DNA of 64,000 bases from Saccostrea cucullata (GCF_032062105.1 NW_026937312.1:434001-498000); one strand, 5' to 3'; numbered from the stretch's first letter, positions 1 through 14,553 are shown. Notes: generated by a model from the sequence alone, not told the origin. A program made the numbers and translations.

Positions 1-471
1 GCCACAGTGACCTTTATCATTTCGGTGCTGTATATTCTAGTCATCAAAAGAATCAGATATCAATTCCATCAAAAGAAACATGAAATATTTCCAAATATTC
101 GCAGAAATGAAAAATTGACTCAGAACGCAAATACTTCCGAGGAGAAAATAAACCGGAAGTTGATAAGGACCACGGTGACATTACTTGCTGTGACTATTTT
201 ATTTGTTCTAACAATATTCCCACATACCGTGCTTTCTCTAATTGATTATTCTGTGAAGAACTTCTTCTGTCGGTTGTCTTTTGAAGAAGGTGTGGTCTTC
301 AATTTCGCTATCCATTTCTTTTTGCTGAATAATGTTTTAAACTGTGTTATCTATGGGTTTACTGACAAACAGTTCAAGAGGAGGATATTGCTGCTTTTTA
401 GGAGACAAGAGTTCAACTTGTCCGAATCAAGCGATGCAACTTCTAACAGAATAGAAGAAAAAGAGGTTTAG
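1..471 (+). CDS. Class A (rhodopsin-like) GPCR, 5'-truncated by the window edge (TM5 end, ICL3, TM6, TM7, helix 8, C-tail)
   Basis: Open frame from base 1 to TAG at 469-471. It shows a TM5 end (FIISVLYILVIKRI), a basic ICL3, TM6 (TTVTLLAVTILFVLTIFP), TM7 with an NPxxY-like NCVIY, and helix 8 (FTDKQFKRRILLLF). AATAAA at 762-767 is a plausible polyA signal. The subfamily cannot be assigned by eye. Confidence 0.88.
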   Translation, partial: ATVTFIISVLYILVIKRIRYQFHQKKHEIFPNIRRNEKLTQNANTSEEKINRKLIRTTVTLLAVTILFVLTIFPHTVLSLIDYSVKNFFCRLSFEEGVVFNFAIHFFLLNNVLNCVIYGFTDKQFKRRILLLFRRQEFNLSESSDATSNRIEEKEV

Positions 472-557
472 ATCAAATTATTGGGCTATAATAAGTAGCA
501 GAAACCATGTGACACCGGTTATGTATAAATCGCGTCTATTTTGTATGATTCTGATTT

Positions 558-573
558 GTTTGTTGTTGTTGTT

Positions 574-607
<34 letters not shown>
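558..607. repeat. (GTT)n/poly-T low-complexity tract in the putative GPCR 3' UTR
   Basis: Directly visible gttgttgtt run followed by more than 30 T. Confidence 0.9.
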
Positions 608-609
<2 letters not shown>

Positions 610-3600
610 AATACTTTACGAATTTTATTGATCATAGTCATTTTGTCTGAACATGCCAATAACTTTAAGAGCAAACATGTGTCTGCCTAATAAGTATAAT
701 GTTTGTATATCACGTGTATTTTTTCAAAATCACCCAAAATGAAGTGTGGATTGAAAAAAAAAATAAAGATTTCAGTAAAAATAATGTTTAAAGCCAAATG
801 ATGATCTTCAGATATCAAATTTACTATTATGTGTTGATTCCTGAGTTATAAATACATAAAGCTAATTTCCCACGATATTGGTCGTATTACATAATTCTGA
901 TATTCTGATATAGATCTGCCTATTATTTTGATCTATGTAATAGAATGCCCGGGTTTAGCAAAAATTATCACATCGGTTCGAGTTCCTGATAGAACCGTGT
1001 CATGGGAACTGAAATTCTCATACTTTGAAATGCTGATATTTTCCTATAAGACTGTCTCATATCTGTTTTATATCAGAGAGTTGATTTTGAATTTTTTGGC
1101 ACAATTAACGCAATCAATGGCTCACTCCACTGTATCTTCGTGAGTAGTTAAAAGACTGGTTCACCGTCTACAGAAGAAAACTTTTGATGGCAGTCGGATT
1201 ATCACACTTCAGACGGTCAAAGACTTGTAATGGACTTCACATCGACAAATGTTTCATCAAGATAAACAATAAACATTGTCATTTTCAATCAAAGCCATCT
1301 TCGATTCAAAAGAAACCCTTCTTCCCGAGGTTAAAGAGCATGTCATCACGTCCAGTGATCCCTATGGTATATTTGTCTGTAAATCAGTTCTATCGTCAAA
1401 CTGTCGGAGATTTGGAGGCCGCGCGCCGGGTGCACTACGTTTGATGGCTGCTCAACTGCGCCTAATCGATTTCTGATCACATCGTTAAAGATAATCAAAT
1501 TCTGATAATAAAGATAGCTGCCCTCTACAGACGATAGCCTCACAAACTTCACAGGGAGTGTATAAAATGTGATAGTCTTGTTTACGGCGTGGTATTTATG
1601 TGTAAAATAAGCTGAAATATCGGACAAAAACGCCCTTGTCTTTGATGAAGAAAGCTGATTCATAACGTTAAATTCGGGTTATGCGGCAATTTTCACTGGT
1701 CTGATAAGCAATAAAAACTTCATTTAAATTTTATAAATTTTTCAAATAATTCTTTATCAGTGATATGTAGTCTGTAGGGGTAACAAAGCCGATAAAAGTA
1801 ATCAAAAAGTTAATCTTAGAAACTACAAAGAACATAAAAGATTAAATTTTTGTAAGTAAATGTTAAAAGTTTATTTAAAAAAAAAATAACGCTGCGGTAC
1901 ATGTAAGTAGTTTTTCGCACTGTGCAGTTAAAATTCTAAAATAATTTTTTCAGGTAATTCTCTCAAGCTCATTTCTGTGTTACATTTTATTTTGAATTTA
2001 AAAAAAAAATATCTTTAAACTTTGTTTTGATTTTCTTAAAACTTATCAAGCTGTTCTTGAAGACTACTCCGCCCACTATATCCATACATAAAACTAGAGT
2101 TATCTGCCATTCATTGAATCTCAGAGAGCAATGATAAATTTCTATATCAGCTAAACACATTAGACCATTAGATAAATAAATAAATATTATAACCCAATAT
2201 AACATTCTCAGGCTATCAAATTAAATCTGCAATCTCGATAACTAACGATTTATTTACATTTTAGTCCTGTCATAGTGAGAGAGGGACGCTTTAACATTCC
2301 GATGCTGTCACTGAGTTATGCTAGGGGTGTCAGACGTTCGGGGGGTGGCAGTGCAGCCCGACCCGATGACACAGAAATATGTAAAGTGGTCAGTAACGAC
2401 AAGGGCAACACATTTATTCTGGTGGTCACTTAGTTCTAATGGAAAATGGGTTCCTCTGACCGCACGCCTGGTGATTTATGAAATGGATATTTTTTGTCTC
2501 AGTTTTTTCCTTTTCTTTTAAAAAGATATTTCCCGAACATATTGTTAATGAATTTATCAAATTGTAAAATAATTTGTCGGTCTAAATTCAATTTCAAATA
2601 GAGGAAAATATTCAGATAAATTGCGTTTGAATTTTTTATTGTGTAAATTTTTCCACAAACGTTATCTAAATTGAACTTCATAAACACATTGCTATAGTCT
2701 ACACTCAAATCTTTATGTGATATTTCTAATATTCCCTCTTTAATTTTACAAGCAATCTGAATTTTAAAATGTACAGCTCATGGCAAAATGTATCTTTTAT
2801 TGCAATTTATTTCAGCTACACGTGTACAAGAATATCGCCTTAACATAAGTTTACAAGTTACTGTAGCTAGATGTACTTTGATTAGAAATACATGTATATT
2901 ATCTTTACTTTAAAAACTTTTTTTAAATAATAAGTACAGGTATAAATGTCATTTTAAAAGCTTTAAATAAGCAACATTTAACATAACAAATTGCATGTAT
3001 CCCACCACCTTGTGGGAACCAAAGACAATCCAAACCCAGGGGGTCGAAAGGTTTCGAGGGAGAACGAGAAAGAAAAATTGACGTGTGTCAAAGAAGATAG
3101 TACAAGGATGCACGTGCGATGTAAATGCACGTGCAGAACATATGTAGTGTTAATCGCTAGCGTATTTTACACTTTAAATAGCTAAAAAAAAGTTTTAATT
3201 GGAAATTCAAGATGTTGGTGAAATTGATCGAATGTAAAAACAAGAACTAGATAAACATTTGAAGAGAAGTTCACGTGTTTAGGTTTGACCCTCCGCGGCT
3301 CAACAAAATCATCAGGACGGTTTTTATACTTAACCACGCAGCTGCGAAATGTAATAAACTCTCAGAATCTACTAACAAGGTCTGAACCACTCGGAAATTA
3401 ATTTTGTTTTCAAAGGTGAAAGACACATTAAACCGATACAAAAAGCCTTGACACGTCTTGTTTTCTGTAAATCTGTGCTTTCGCTGTTATTACATTTTTT
3501 ATCTTGGGAAGTTATTTAAAATTTGCTTGGTAATAAAGAAGTCATTCAAAAAAAAAAAAAAAATTTCAAACCAATTTGTGAAAAGACAGTCGGAACTTCT

Positions 3601-4177
3601 TGAGGTTGATCCATTAAATAATTTATTTGATTTCTGTCGTATTTATTTATTTTTGTTTAATCCCAGGGAGTGTTTTTATTTATTTTGTCGTGATAAGTCT
3701 TGACGTTACTCCTGATCTCAATCATTTTCTTTCAGGTAGGATACTGGACAGACATTTAATTTCAATTTTCAAATTAAGATGCTAAAAAAATCTCTCCAAA
3801 AATCTAAGAATAATAAAACCTTTAGACGGATTTTTCCACAACTATAAAGCTAACTATTAGGATATCGCTGAGAAATAATTCTATATAAAAAGATGCTATC
3901 AATATAAGAACGTTCCTTTCATTTCAGTTCACGGCCAATTTATTTTTCAGCCGTCATCCAGGACATTCTTTCGTGAAGAATTCAAATAAACTTTAAAAAT
4001 AGAGATGTAGAATTATACATGTTACATCGTTAGGAGTTCAATTTAGATGTCGAACAGCATTTGATGCATGCCAAATTTATCTGTTTAATTAGAAGCGTCA
4101 TTAGCGGAGCAATAAGCATGATAAGACCATGCCACGACGCAGGCCTTGCGTAAGGTTGACGGCCGGTAGTATATGGC

Positions 4178-5133
4178 CACAGGCCTTTAGATCGCTTAAA
4201 AAAAATTGTGTGTGTAAAAAAAAATAAAGGTACTGAACTCTTACACTGGGTATACCTAATTTCGCTAATAAAATATTTTTTATTCGAATGCTCTAAAATT
4301 CTACTTTCTATTTAAATCTATTCATAGATAAACATTCTTCAATTCTACCAAAGCTCATTCCGAAATTCCATATATTTCTTGAGATATTCTGAAATCAATT
4401 TCAAAAATGACCTACTTTCTTTTACTCGACATTAGCTTGGGCCCCTGGCCATTCACATGTAAACAGACGGTGTCTGAAGTGCGGCGAAGAGTTGCATAGT
4501 ATTTGCAAAATCTTTCAACAATTTAAAGTTGATTTCTTACTCCAGATTGTAACGTTAAGTCCGTAATAATATTCCTTTCGCGAAAAATTAATTTGAAAAC
4601 GTCTACATCAACAACTACCGCCATGTTGATTACGAATGTAAATGAAGCCATGGAGAGAACGAATTTTTCCCGGAATGCATTATATACCTTTCGATTTTCA
4701 AAACAATTAGACCGCTAAAATGTTGTTTATGACTTAGTCACACCATATGTTCAAATTAAAGAAAAACCTTGTAAAGCTTGAATGCAAATGAGCAAATATT
4801 CATTGAGTTTAGAATAAATTCCGGGGAAAATTTGTCCCGTCGTTCCCGCTTTACAGTTAGTGAAGGCCCAAGCTGATGTCGAGTAAAAAAATTATTGTCA
4901 ATTTGGGAATTGATTTCAGAATATCTCGAGAAGTATAAGGAATTACGGAATGAACTTTGGTAGTAATGAAGATTGTTTATTTTTGAATAGATGTGGATAG
5001 AAAGTAAAATTGTAAAGCATTTGATTTAAAAGAATTTTATTGGCGAAAGTAGGTACCCCATGAAAAGAGTTCCATACCTTTATTTTTTTTTTCAACACCT
5101 CAATTTTTTTTCTAAGCGATCTAAAGGCCTGTG
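4178..5133. mobile_element. Non-autonomous DNA transposon (MITE, 956 bp) with about 265-bp TIRs and 8-bp TSD; P-element or hAT superfamily
   Basis: Starts CACAGGCCTTTAGATCGCTTA and ends TAAGCGATCTAAAGGCCTGTG. Imperfect TIRs span 4178-4443 and 4865-5133. Perfect direct repeat TATATGGC at 4170-4177 and 5134-5141. No transposase ORF. Confidence 0.88.
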
Positions 5134-8100
5134 TATATGGCGAAGAGCTTGGCACGCACGGGCCTCGAGCGAACAGAATTAATGGACGGGGTTTTTATGC
5201 ATCATTCAATGTTAACTAGTCGTTAAGAATTTATAAAGCTAATCCAGGCTAATTTGCTTGGAAATCTGTTTGATAAAGCATGGATTTTTCCCGGACTTGG
5301 CATGCATATACCGTAAATGAAGACATATTTCGACATTTAGAAGTCATTATAAAGCATCTGACACGATAGCGCAGGAAAAAGCAGGTCGATTCTGCAAAAT
5401 TTGATATTATGATTCCAATTCTCTTTTTTTTTCTCCTGAACATATAATATTTTTATGAAGCACTTTCACTGATACAGTGTACAGTTTGAAATTAAGAAAT
5501 TAGAATCGAGTTTCTGTTTTCTACTTAAACATGTGCAAAACATAATTTACATGGTTATTTGCATGCTGAGAGAAATGAAACTGACAGGCGCCATATGGTT
5601 TCGTAATGTCGAACTTTTTTGATGACAATACGTCAAGTTACTGTTTTATAAATCTTTTTTACAATCAGCAAAATGTCTAGAAAACACAAGGTCTCTCTCA
5701 TCACAACACCTGCTAGATATCTTCCCACTGCATATAGTAAACAAAATACCATTATTTAGAGTCAAATTTGACAACAAGTCAAACTCTGCAGCATACTTTA
5801 CCCATCTTTTTCTATATCTGACGCTTATAATGAAAACCATATGTGAACCCCGAACCCGAAGTCAACATTTGACCGCCGAATCCCTCCGCAGACGGTTATT
5901 TGATGTTTGTGAAGTTCCCCTTTGTTCTCCGTATAACGGATTAAATCAAACGAAACGGAACTAATTCTGTTTGGCGATTGGGGATAATGACATAGAGTTT
6001 CTTTTTATCTCTTTTACACGAAACCCCATTTTGATACATTAGAGGGCAATACAAGAGAAACAAATAGTCCCTAGTGGAAACGATACGCCTTATTCAGCCT
6101 TAACTTTTCACCTTTTCTCAAATCTTTCCTCCAATTACAGAACAATGTGATTAAACTACTCAATGTCTAATTATCGAATAACCCAACCGGAAATTAAATG
6201 ATTCTAAAAATATTAACGATAAATTTAAATAGCAAGGTAAGCTATTTTTTCTTGACTAAATTCATTGTAACTACCGGGAAATTGATGAAACTGACGTCAT
6301 TTACAAGGAAAATATATAATCCTCTCTAAATAAAGATACTCAAGAAGCGTAGTGGTGCTTAAACTGTGGTTTTACCGATGTCCTTATATTATTTTTAAAA
6401 GTAGGGTTAATATTAGAAACACTTCGTAACAGGAAGATGTTCGGTAGAATTGTGTCCGGAATATTTCCTTGACATGCACTTTGCACATTCCTATACAAGC
6501 GTCCACAATATTCCTGTGCATACTTTTATCAGGCAACATGTTATTTACAGCCTTCAATTTTTAATTTTTTTTTTCAATTTTGTGTAATTTTGAAACACGG
6601 TTAATACAAAAAATCAAATAAAAACATTCCTTTGAGGGAAAGAATGTGAGTGCAGTTCAAAAAGAGTATGCAGTGTTTTCTGTCGCTCGTAAAACTTGGT
6701 TTGCTATCTGTGATATCTCGAAGCCATCCATCAGTCTGTTTATCACATCTCTTTGTAAGTGTTTAAACACAGCGAGAAACTTACCCTGGCCAAGGTACAA
6801 GTAAAAGATGATGCAGGCCTTTCTGGAGTTTAAACAACAGAAAGCATGTGCGTAGATGCCTTCCATCTACTTCCATCTAAAATGTCATACAAGTCCAAAA
6901 ATACGGCATACTATAGGCTAAAATCAATCTGAGGACAAAGTCAAATATGTCCAAGGGTTTCATTTTTAGAATTTTTAAAAATAACAAATTTGCTTTATCA
7001 TTTCGCTGATATTGACATTCAAGTCAAACTGTCTTTCCTCAAAGTACTACAATATACTTTTTGCCCAAGTTGTAATTTTTCATTGAGTAAGACATTGTTT
7101 ATACATTATATTTAATTATTTATGAAACTCAGAATTCAATACATCGATTCGTTTTCGAAGGAAAAAAAAGGCATCTCAAAAAGTTCTAATTTTGAATTTT
7201 TTCCTTTGAAGAAAAGGTTGTTGATGTATATATCAAGGAGTTTTGCAGAGGATGAAATACAATTTTTTAGATTTTTATATTTTTTATGCTTAAAATTTCA
7301 AAAAACAAAATTTATAGCTTTTGCCGTATTTTTTTACGTTCTGATTTTAAAGAGCCTTAGATTTCCATAAGTCATGAACACACAATCACCTTTATATAAA
7401 AATCTATCTACAAATATTTTATTTTCGCAATATCTTTTGAAGATTAGAGTATTTCATGAGCAAGAATATTTTCCCCTGAACCCGTTTCCCCCATGCAATA
7501 ACCCAAAAGACCGAGTGCACTAAATTAAAACAGCAGTAATGCAATTATCACAGAAGTCAAGGACAAGAAAGCTAAAAAAAAAAAGTAGATCTTGACTTAT
7601 TTCGTTTTTTTTCTTCTTACGGACCTATTTCCCTAATCATGTCACAATGTAGCGTTGCCGTCTTTCCTCGTTTACAGAAGTACGCGTCGTCTATCGAGAT
7701 CTTGTTCGGGATTTACAAAACAACAATATACCCTTAAATATTAATCTTCTTATCTATCCAGTCGTCATTTGTGTATCTAAACGACGGAAGGTTTCGATTT
7801 CCCATGATGATAAATGGTTCTGTCGCTGGTGACTTACGGACGCATTAATTATAATCGGCAGCGGGTTGTCTATTAGAGTATAATCTAAACGCACCTAAAT
7901 TGTCTCTAGACTGGCTGAACAAACTGACGAAATAGGAATTTCATTTTTAAATTCACAAATACGTTTTATTAATGGAGCCGAAAGGTCGGTGATACAAAGG
8001 GAGAGGTAAACTATTTAACAAGTTGAACAAGACATCGGGATCCCTGAGCTACAGAATACAGGACCTTGTTGTCTCTGTAATAATACGACCCTTGTACTCC

Positions 8101-9442
8101 TTTTAATATCATTACCTACATTGCTTTGTTCTCTGTTCAGGCGAGATCGGGTTCCTCTTGTTCAGCTCTCTTTGATGTCTACTTGGCTACGAGCAATGAT
8201 GTGGTATCTCGGAGGGTATATATTTATATTAATAGCACTAAATCAACCTTATTTCAAAAGTTAGGGCAGTCAAATAGATAAAATACATATATAAATCAAA
8301 AGAACATTGCAAATTTTATGATGAGTCCTATCGTTGAATTGCGCAGCGTGGGGTATTCGGACAGGTGCGTAAACAAGTAATCCTCGAAGGGAAAATACAC
8401 TGTATTTAAAGATGCGTGTTAAATCTATATAATTTACAATGTTCAGTCCTTTAACAAATAATATTAAACATCCTAACACCTGATGCCTATTCTTATAATC
8501 CTTGCTCCTTTCTTATATAAAATAATTTGGATCCAAATCTTATACATCGTTCCTTTACAATTTGATGTACTGGTTTCAATCATGAAAGAATACTATAGGT
8601 ATGACTGATACATAAAAAAGAGAATAAAAATCGAGCATACCCTTGTTTATTTCGCTGAAAGACGGAAAGCCAAAATTTAAAAGGATGTTAATAGAACAAA
8701 TACTTTTCTCTTGTGTAAGATGTTGCTAGTTTTTCGCTGCATCAAAAATCATAGTGATTTTTTTTCAAGTAAAGACACATTAATTATTTCTAAAATATCA
8801 ACAACAGCTTGATTTTATCAAGACAGCAACAAGGAAAAAAAAAACGTTTTCTCAAAACACATGTGCCAAAGAGAAGAAAATTTGATATAAACAACCTGGC
8901 CACTGTATGTCTGTTTAATAATCACTTAGTCTGTGTGTTTCACCAGACCGCCGCTATTGTTATGGGAAATGACCATGCTCACTGAAGCTTGACGATTCCA
9001 TGTATTGTTCTTATGAAGTATATAATGAATTAATATACCGGGAAACGCCAGATGTAATAACTTCAAAAACAAATGGAGACTGGAAAACGACGGAGATAAC
9101 TTATGGAAGATTTCTATACAAAAGTCTATTTTGTTTTGTATATATAAAGGTCATCTACTCATTATGTTTATTTGAAAACACAGGGTCGTGAGAAAAATAA
9201 AATGTCATATTTCTTCCCCAATAAAATGTAGAAGAGAAATATCAAATTTCCTCCGAAATCTCAAAATCGACACCTGCGACGTACTTTTGCGATAAACGTG
9301 AACGAATTTCTTTTTAAAAATCTGGTTTACATCGATAAAAACTTCCTTGATAAAAATACAAAATACATCTTTTCTTTTATTTTGGTAATTTTTGTTTCTT
9401 GATACATCTTAAAAATATGACAATGGCGATAGAAATCTGTAC

Positions 9443-9728
9443 AATTTTTGCCTTGGAAAAATCTTCCCCTTGCATGTATATTTAGTGTAAATATCGAAGA
9501 AAAATAATGTCAGAAATAGATAATTATTAAATAATTATGTATATAGGCTTCAGTTAATACAGATTTTATTTCACATACACATGTTATAATAAATTGCACA
9601 TTAAAACGTGTTTATAATAATCAACAAAAAAATCTGGGATTACCTCTACTAAAAATCAATTTCGCCACGCAGATCAGTAACTAGAAAAGTATACATGCAA
9701 GGGGAAGTTTTTTTTCGAAGGTAAAAAA
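9443..9728. repeat. Short degenerate inverted repeat (probable MITE remnant)
   Basis: CTTCCCCTTGCATGTATA near 9463 pairs with TATACATGCAAGGGGAAG near 9690; imperfect arms of about 40 bp. No clear TSD. Confidence 0.5.
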
Positions 9729-9999
9729 GAAATTGACCTGAATTGAATCTAAATCAGAGTTTAATTGTTTGGGAAATTCAAATTTTTAAAAGGATTTTTC
9801 AGTTTATTAAACACGTTCATGAAAACATGGGAGTAAATTTAGAGACTGCATTTATATCAGAATCTAGGCTTTTTTAAATAGCTAAACGTAATTCATATAT
9901 TAAGTGTATATTATACCGGTATTTAAAAATTATTATATCTAATTACATGAATGATATTATTATATGACTTGATGTTAATTGAAAAAAGAAGAAAACACA

Positions 10000-10565
10000 T
10001 GCTGGGACATTCAACTCGACATTTAAAAATACATGTATATCGAAGAACTTATTGTCAATTATTTCAAAATAGGGGTTTTCCCCATTCTTATGTCCACACG
10101 ATATATCCCAGTGAACATGAAGTAAAAGATGCCTCAGAGTCTGACACCTCTGTATCATATTTAGATATTTAGAAAAAGACGTTAGTGGTTATTTAACAAC
10201 AAAGCTTTATAATAAACGTGATGTCTTTAACTTTTCGTCACCTTACCTTACTTATGCAGCAATATACAATCAGCACCTGCATTCGGGGTTGATTCGATAC
10301 GCAAGAACATGCTCTACGTATGAACAATTTCTAAATCGAGGTAAGTTATTGACAAACAAGTCAATGAAATAAAAATTATTTGCCATTATTTACACGCCGA
10401 ATTGTCGACGGATTTTCCCGTTAATTCCCGATCATGATAAGTAGCACATGGCGGTTGTGACCGATTGGCAGGGGATGTTCACTCCTCCATAACACCTGAT
10501 CCCACCTCTGATGTTTTGGAGGTACGCGTTTGCTCTGCTCCTGATTTGTATTGTTTTATGAATCT
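10000..10565 (+). mobile_element. Degenerate Penelope-like retroelement fragment (RT C-terminal part plus 3' tail)
   Basis: Decayed RT peptides (HSYVHTIYPSEHEVKDASESDTSVSYLDI; LTTKLYNKRD; IRYARTCS), followed by the family tail GTGACCG...GGGGATG...ACTCCTCC...CACCTGATCCCACCTCTG. Confidence 0.75.
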
Positions 10566-13500
10566 TAATATCTTTCGTTGCATGTAATACAATATCAAAA
10601 AATTTAAATATTTTATTGAGTATTTTACGTTATTTCTTATCACAATAAATTGTAAAAAATAAGTATTTAAGTTTTTTGATAAAAATACAGAAGAAAAATG
10701 TGTATAACATTACATGAAGTACTTGATTACATCAGGTCAAAAACAGTGATGAGGTTATTCTGAGAAAAGGGAAAAAATAAGTTTTTCAATATTCACAAAA
10801 ATGGACTATATCGATGAAACTTTCTGCATCAACAGTTTTGTTTTATTCAAATTGGTTAAAAAAGAGGTCAAATCAATATTTTAAACTGGAGATATCTTAC
10901 TAGTGAATTTAGAAAAAAATAATAATAAAATGTAAATAGAAATATTTATCAGAAAATAAATCTTCTAATCATTACCAATATCTTTTAATAGAATATGAAC
11001 TGAAGGGTTATGCAAATGTTTAAGCCTTATCTTTCTCCCAAGAAATTTTGAGACGATAACTTTGCAAAGATTAAATACCTGTATCTTATACCTTAAAATA
11101 AACATTACACATCATATCTGGTCCTTTGGCCTGTCAGGTATAAGCAAGTAATTATTCTGCAAATTTAAAAAAGTACCGAAAATTATTTCTTTAGGTCAAA
11201 AACTGATCGACTTAACAATACCTTTCCTTAGTAAGCATTTTTAGTTTTTTTTCTCAGGATGGACATGTTATTGTGTAACAAATAAAATTATTCAGAGAAA
11301 ATAAATTCTATTTTGTCTTCCTTGCAAATTTGTTCCCCAATTTTGTAATAGCACAATTTTAGCACACAAATCCAAAAAAAAAAAAAATATGCTTGCGTGA
11401 GAAGAGAATAATATTTCCCTGTCTGTCCCAGAGGGCTAAAATGAAGACCAAATATTCATTGGGTGTATACTTGTTTATTTGACAAACTTGAGTTCAGAAG
11501 GCCAACTAATTTGTATCCTAGATGAAATATATTTTATCACCCCCTTCTCAAACGGAGTTATTGTGAAGATACCACGAGGTCATATCTGGGGTGGAGTTTA
11601 AATGAACTTATATGAAGTAAGCACGAAATCACAATCTTATTTCTTGCTGTACACATATATTTTTGTCCTTTTGATCTCGCAAGGGACTAGACAGCAACGG
11701 CTTTGTATTTTTTCTTCATTTTTTTAAAGATAAAAGCAATTGGCAATTTGTCCTGAAACATTAAAACATGATTTGTAATACTACCGGGTATATAGTTTGT
11801 GGGCAACTGTGGAGTCTATCAATAATTACGAGATACCAATTTTCCAGTGAATCTGTTTGCTGTTCTGTGTTGAAATATTTTCATGCTTTCTTGCTGATGC
11901 CACTCAAAGGTATGCAAAACAATCACGTGTCACGCACTCTAATGGCTCGTGAAATTGACAAGCTGTTAACATACATCGATACAAAATTTGGAGCTTGGTC
12001 AGAAATGATGTGCTAAAACGTGTAACTATGTATTGCTGACTTAAGTTTTTTTTACCAATGCAATTAAAGTACAAAGCACATATAAAGAGAAAAGAAATAT
12101 GATTACTAGTATATAGAAAAATAACGAAAATGTGACATGCATATATAGTTTTTCAATATTACTTTAAAACAACATTTCAATAGAGTTTTATTGTCGGAAA
12201 ATCAGTACTGCAATCAGTTATTGTGACTGTAATATGCACATTTCTGTTTAGTTTTGAGTAAAATGCTAATTGTTAGTAGATAAGCATTGGAAATATTTAA
12301 CCAAAATAATGCTATATGTGTATATGATTTAGTACTATTTTCACAATGTTAGATAAGTATTGTATAAAAATTTGAAAATTTATCACATGCATTTAAGTCT
12401 TAAAGGAAAAAAGTAATAGTATGTACCATTATGTCACAGGTGTATCAAATATATTATCATATGTCAAAACTTGATCCTTTTCCGAAAGATGTAAAGCAAA
12501 ATAGATAAAAAGAGAAGAAAAAGAAATCCTTATCGTATGAAAGACTTACGTATATCATTTCATAGATGGGCAGACAAAATAAAGGACTGTACATTTTTTG
12601 CATGTTTTGATATATATCTTTAACGAGTTTTTTTGTTCACATGAAGGTTTTATTTGTTAAAAAAGTTTTAGTCTATAAACAGAAAGATGATAAAAATCGG
12701 TGAAGTAAATGAAAAATGGAAAATTTATTATTCACTTATATAATAAAAGTAAGAAAAGGACATTTTTTCATCCTTAGAAAAACCAGTACATGTATTATAT
12801 AAGAAGTTAAGAAATATTAATAAAATTTGAAATAAGACAAAAAATAACAACGATTGAAAAAAGTGCATTTGTATAATGTTACCCAGATCAAAACTTTCGC
12901 TTTATTTTTTTTATCATTTAGAGTACATTTTCTTTTATAGATATATAAAATGATTTTCAGTAAAATCCATGAAATATTCTATTCACTCTGACTGAATGAC
13001 AGAACACCACATGCTAATACAAACGTGTCATGCATTGTCCACATCCGTGAAATCGAACGAGTCATTAACATGCATAGCGAGACGGGAAAGCCAACGACAA
13101 CATACCTAAGATTGCTGGGGTATGAATGTCAGCCCATAATTGAGTCATCAACATGTCTAAAACAGCCAGATATTGAAGAATATTTTGTCTAAATCATCGA
13201 TCATTGGAGAAAATAATCATTTCATTACAACTATTATGAGTTAAAAAAGATTTATTTACTAACAAATGCCCTGTACATAACTTATTTTTCATTTTTAAAT
13301 GTAATTGAGTATCTCTTTGTTTATCTATATTTAACAGATTTATCAGTGGTAACATGATTCTTTTTTCTTATGTCTTCCTCATGTGCTTTGCAATACATTC
13401 GCTGAAAAGTTTTTCTTGAGACTTAATTTGCATAAAATTGCATAAGCTTTATTTTTAGCTGAAGAAAAACGTTTTAACTGACTGTCAGAATTATCATCTA

Positions 13501-14399
13501 TTCTTTTAATTTAAATTAATTAACTTCTGACGCAAGAGTTAATTTTGCTTTAACTGATATAGATAGTAAGATAATAAAACAATAAAAAGGCAATACTTTC
13601 GTAAAACAATCTGTACATTTGTTATACATGTATAATATTTAATTTTTCCTTATTTTGAACCACGTATATCGTTGCCATATAATTTTATTTTCATATGGTA
13701 CTTGATTAGAAATTTCATTTGAAAAACCTCAGAAAAAAATGTTTTAAAAGGATTATAATTTTCACTCGAATTCTCATAGGACAATCTAAAGAAACTTTCA
13801 AATGATGACAACATAAACATTCACCCGCATATCATTTTCCTAGGCGCTCTTAAGCATATTGAAAATCTGTACCCTGATATACAAATTATTTCAAATATGA
13901 TGATAAAATTATAATTCTATATAAAATATTGGCAACCCGCCACAAAGAAATATGGGACGCATAACATTTCTTTTAACGTGAACATTTTTTGTTATCACTG
14001 AAACTATTAAAATTTGTTTAAAGTTTCGGTTTTTGAAATAAATCATATTATTATCATAATATTTTTAGAATTCTCAGTAAAAATATGCTTTTTATCCTAC
14101 AACATATGTAAATGTGATTCTTACCTGATATAGCCTTACTTTTTATTTCTGCGAAAAATGAACAAAAGCAAAAATCGAGTGCTCCTCTGATATAAGAATT
14201 GCAAAACAAGTGCATTTTTGCTACATCATAATTTACTTTTTATATGAAAGCAACATGTTTTAAGTTGTCATTTGGCTTCTCACCAAACTGTACAGCTTTT
14301 CATATTAAATACTACTCCTTTTTCTATATTATCACTTCATCAAATTAAAAAAAATATTTTAATACTTTTTATACCATCTTAAATTTTTATATTAAATTT

Positions 14400-14553
14400 G
14401 ACTACAGAATTGATCAATACATTAGGCCCACGGTGGGTGTGACCGGTTGAAAGGAGATGCTCCCTCCTCCAATGTACCTGATCCTGCCTCTTGATTTGTA
14501 TTGCGTGTAATTTTTGTGAAACAATCACTGTTCGTTGACTTTTTCATTTTTAT
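14400..14553 (+). mobile_element. Penelope-like 3' tail fragment
   Basis: GGTGTGACCGGTTGAAAGGAGATGCTCCCTCCTCCAATGTACCTGATCC matches the tail at 10450-10510. Confidence 0.65.

Noticed and set aside
6780-6880. Possible minus-strand exon with AGG|GTAAGT donor
   Set aside because: No recognisable peptide or partner exons; may be part of a decayed repeat.
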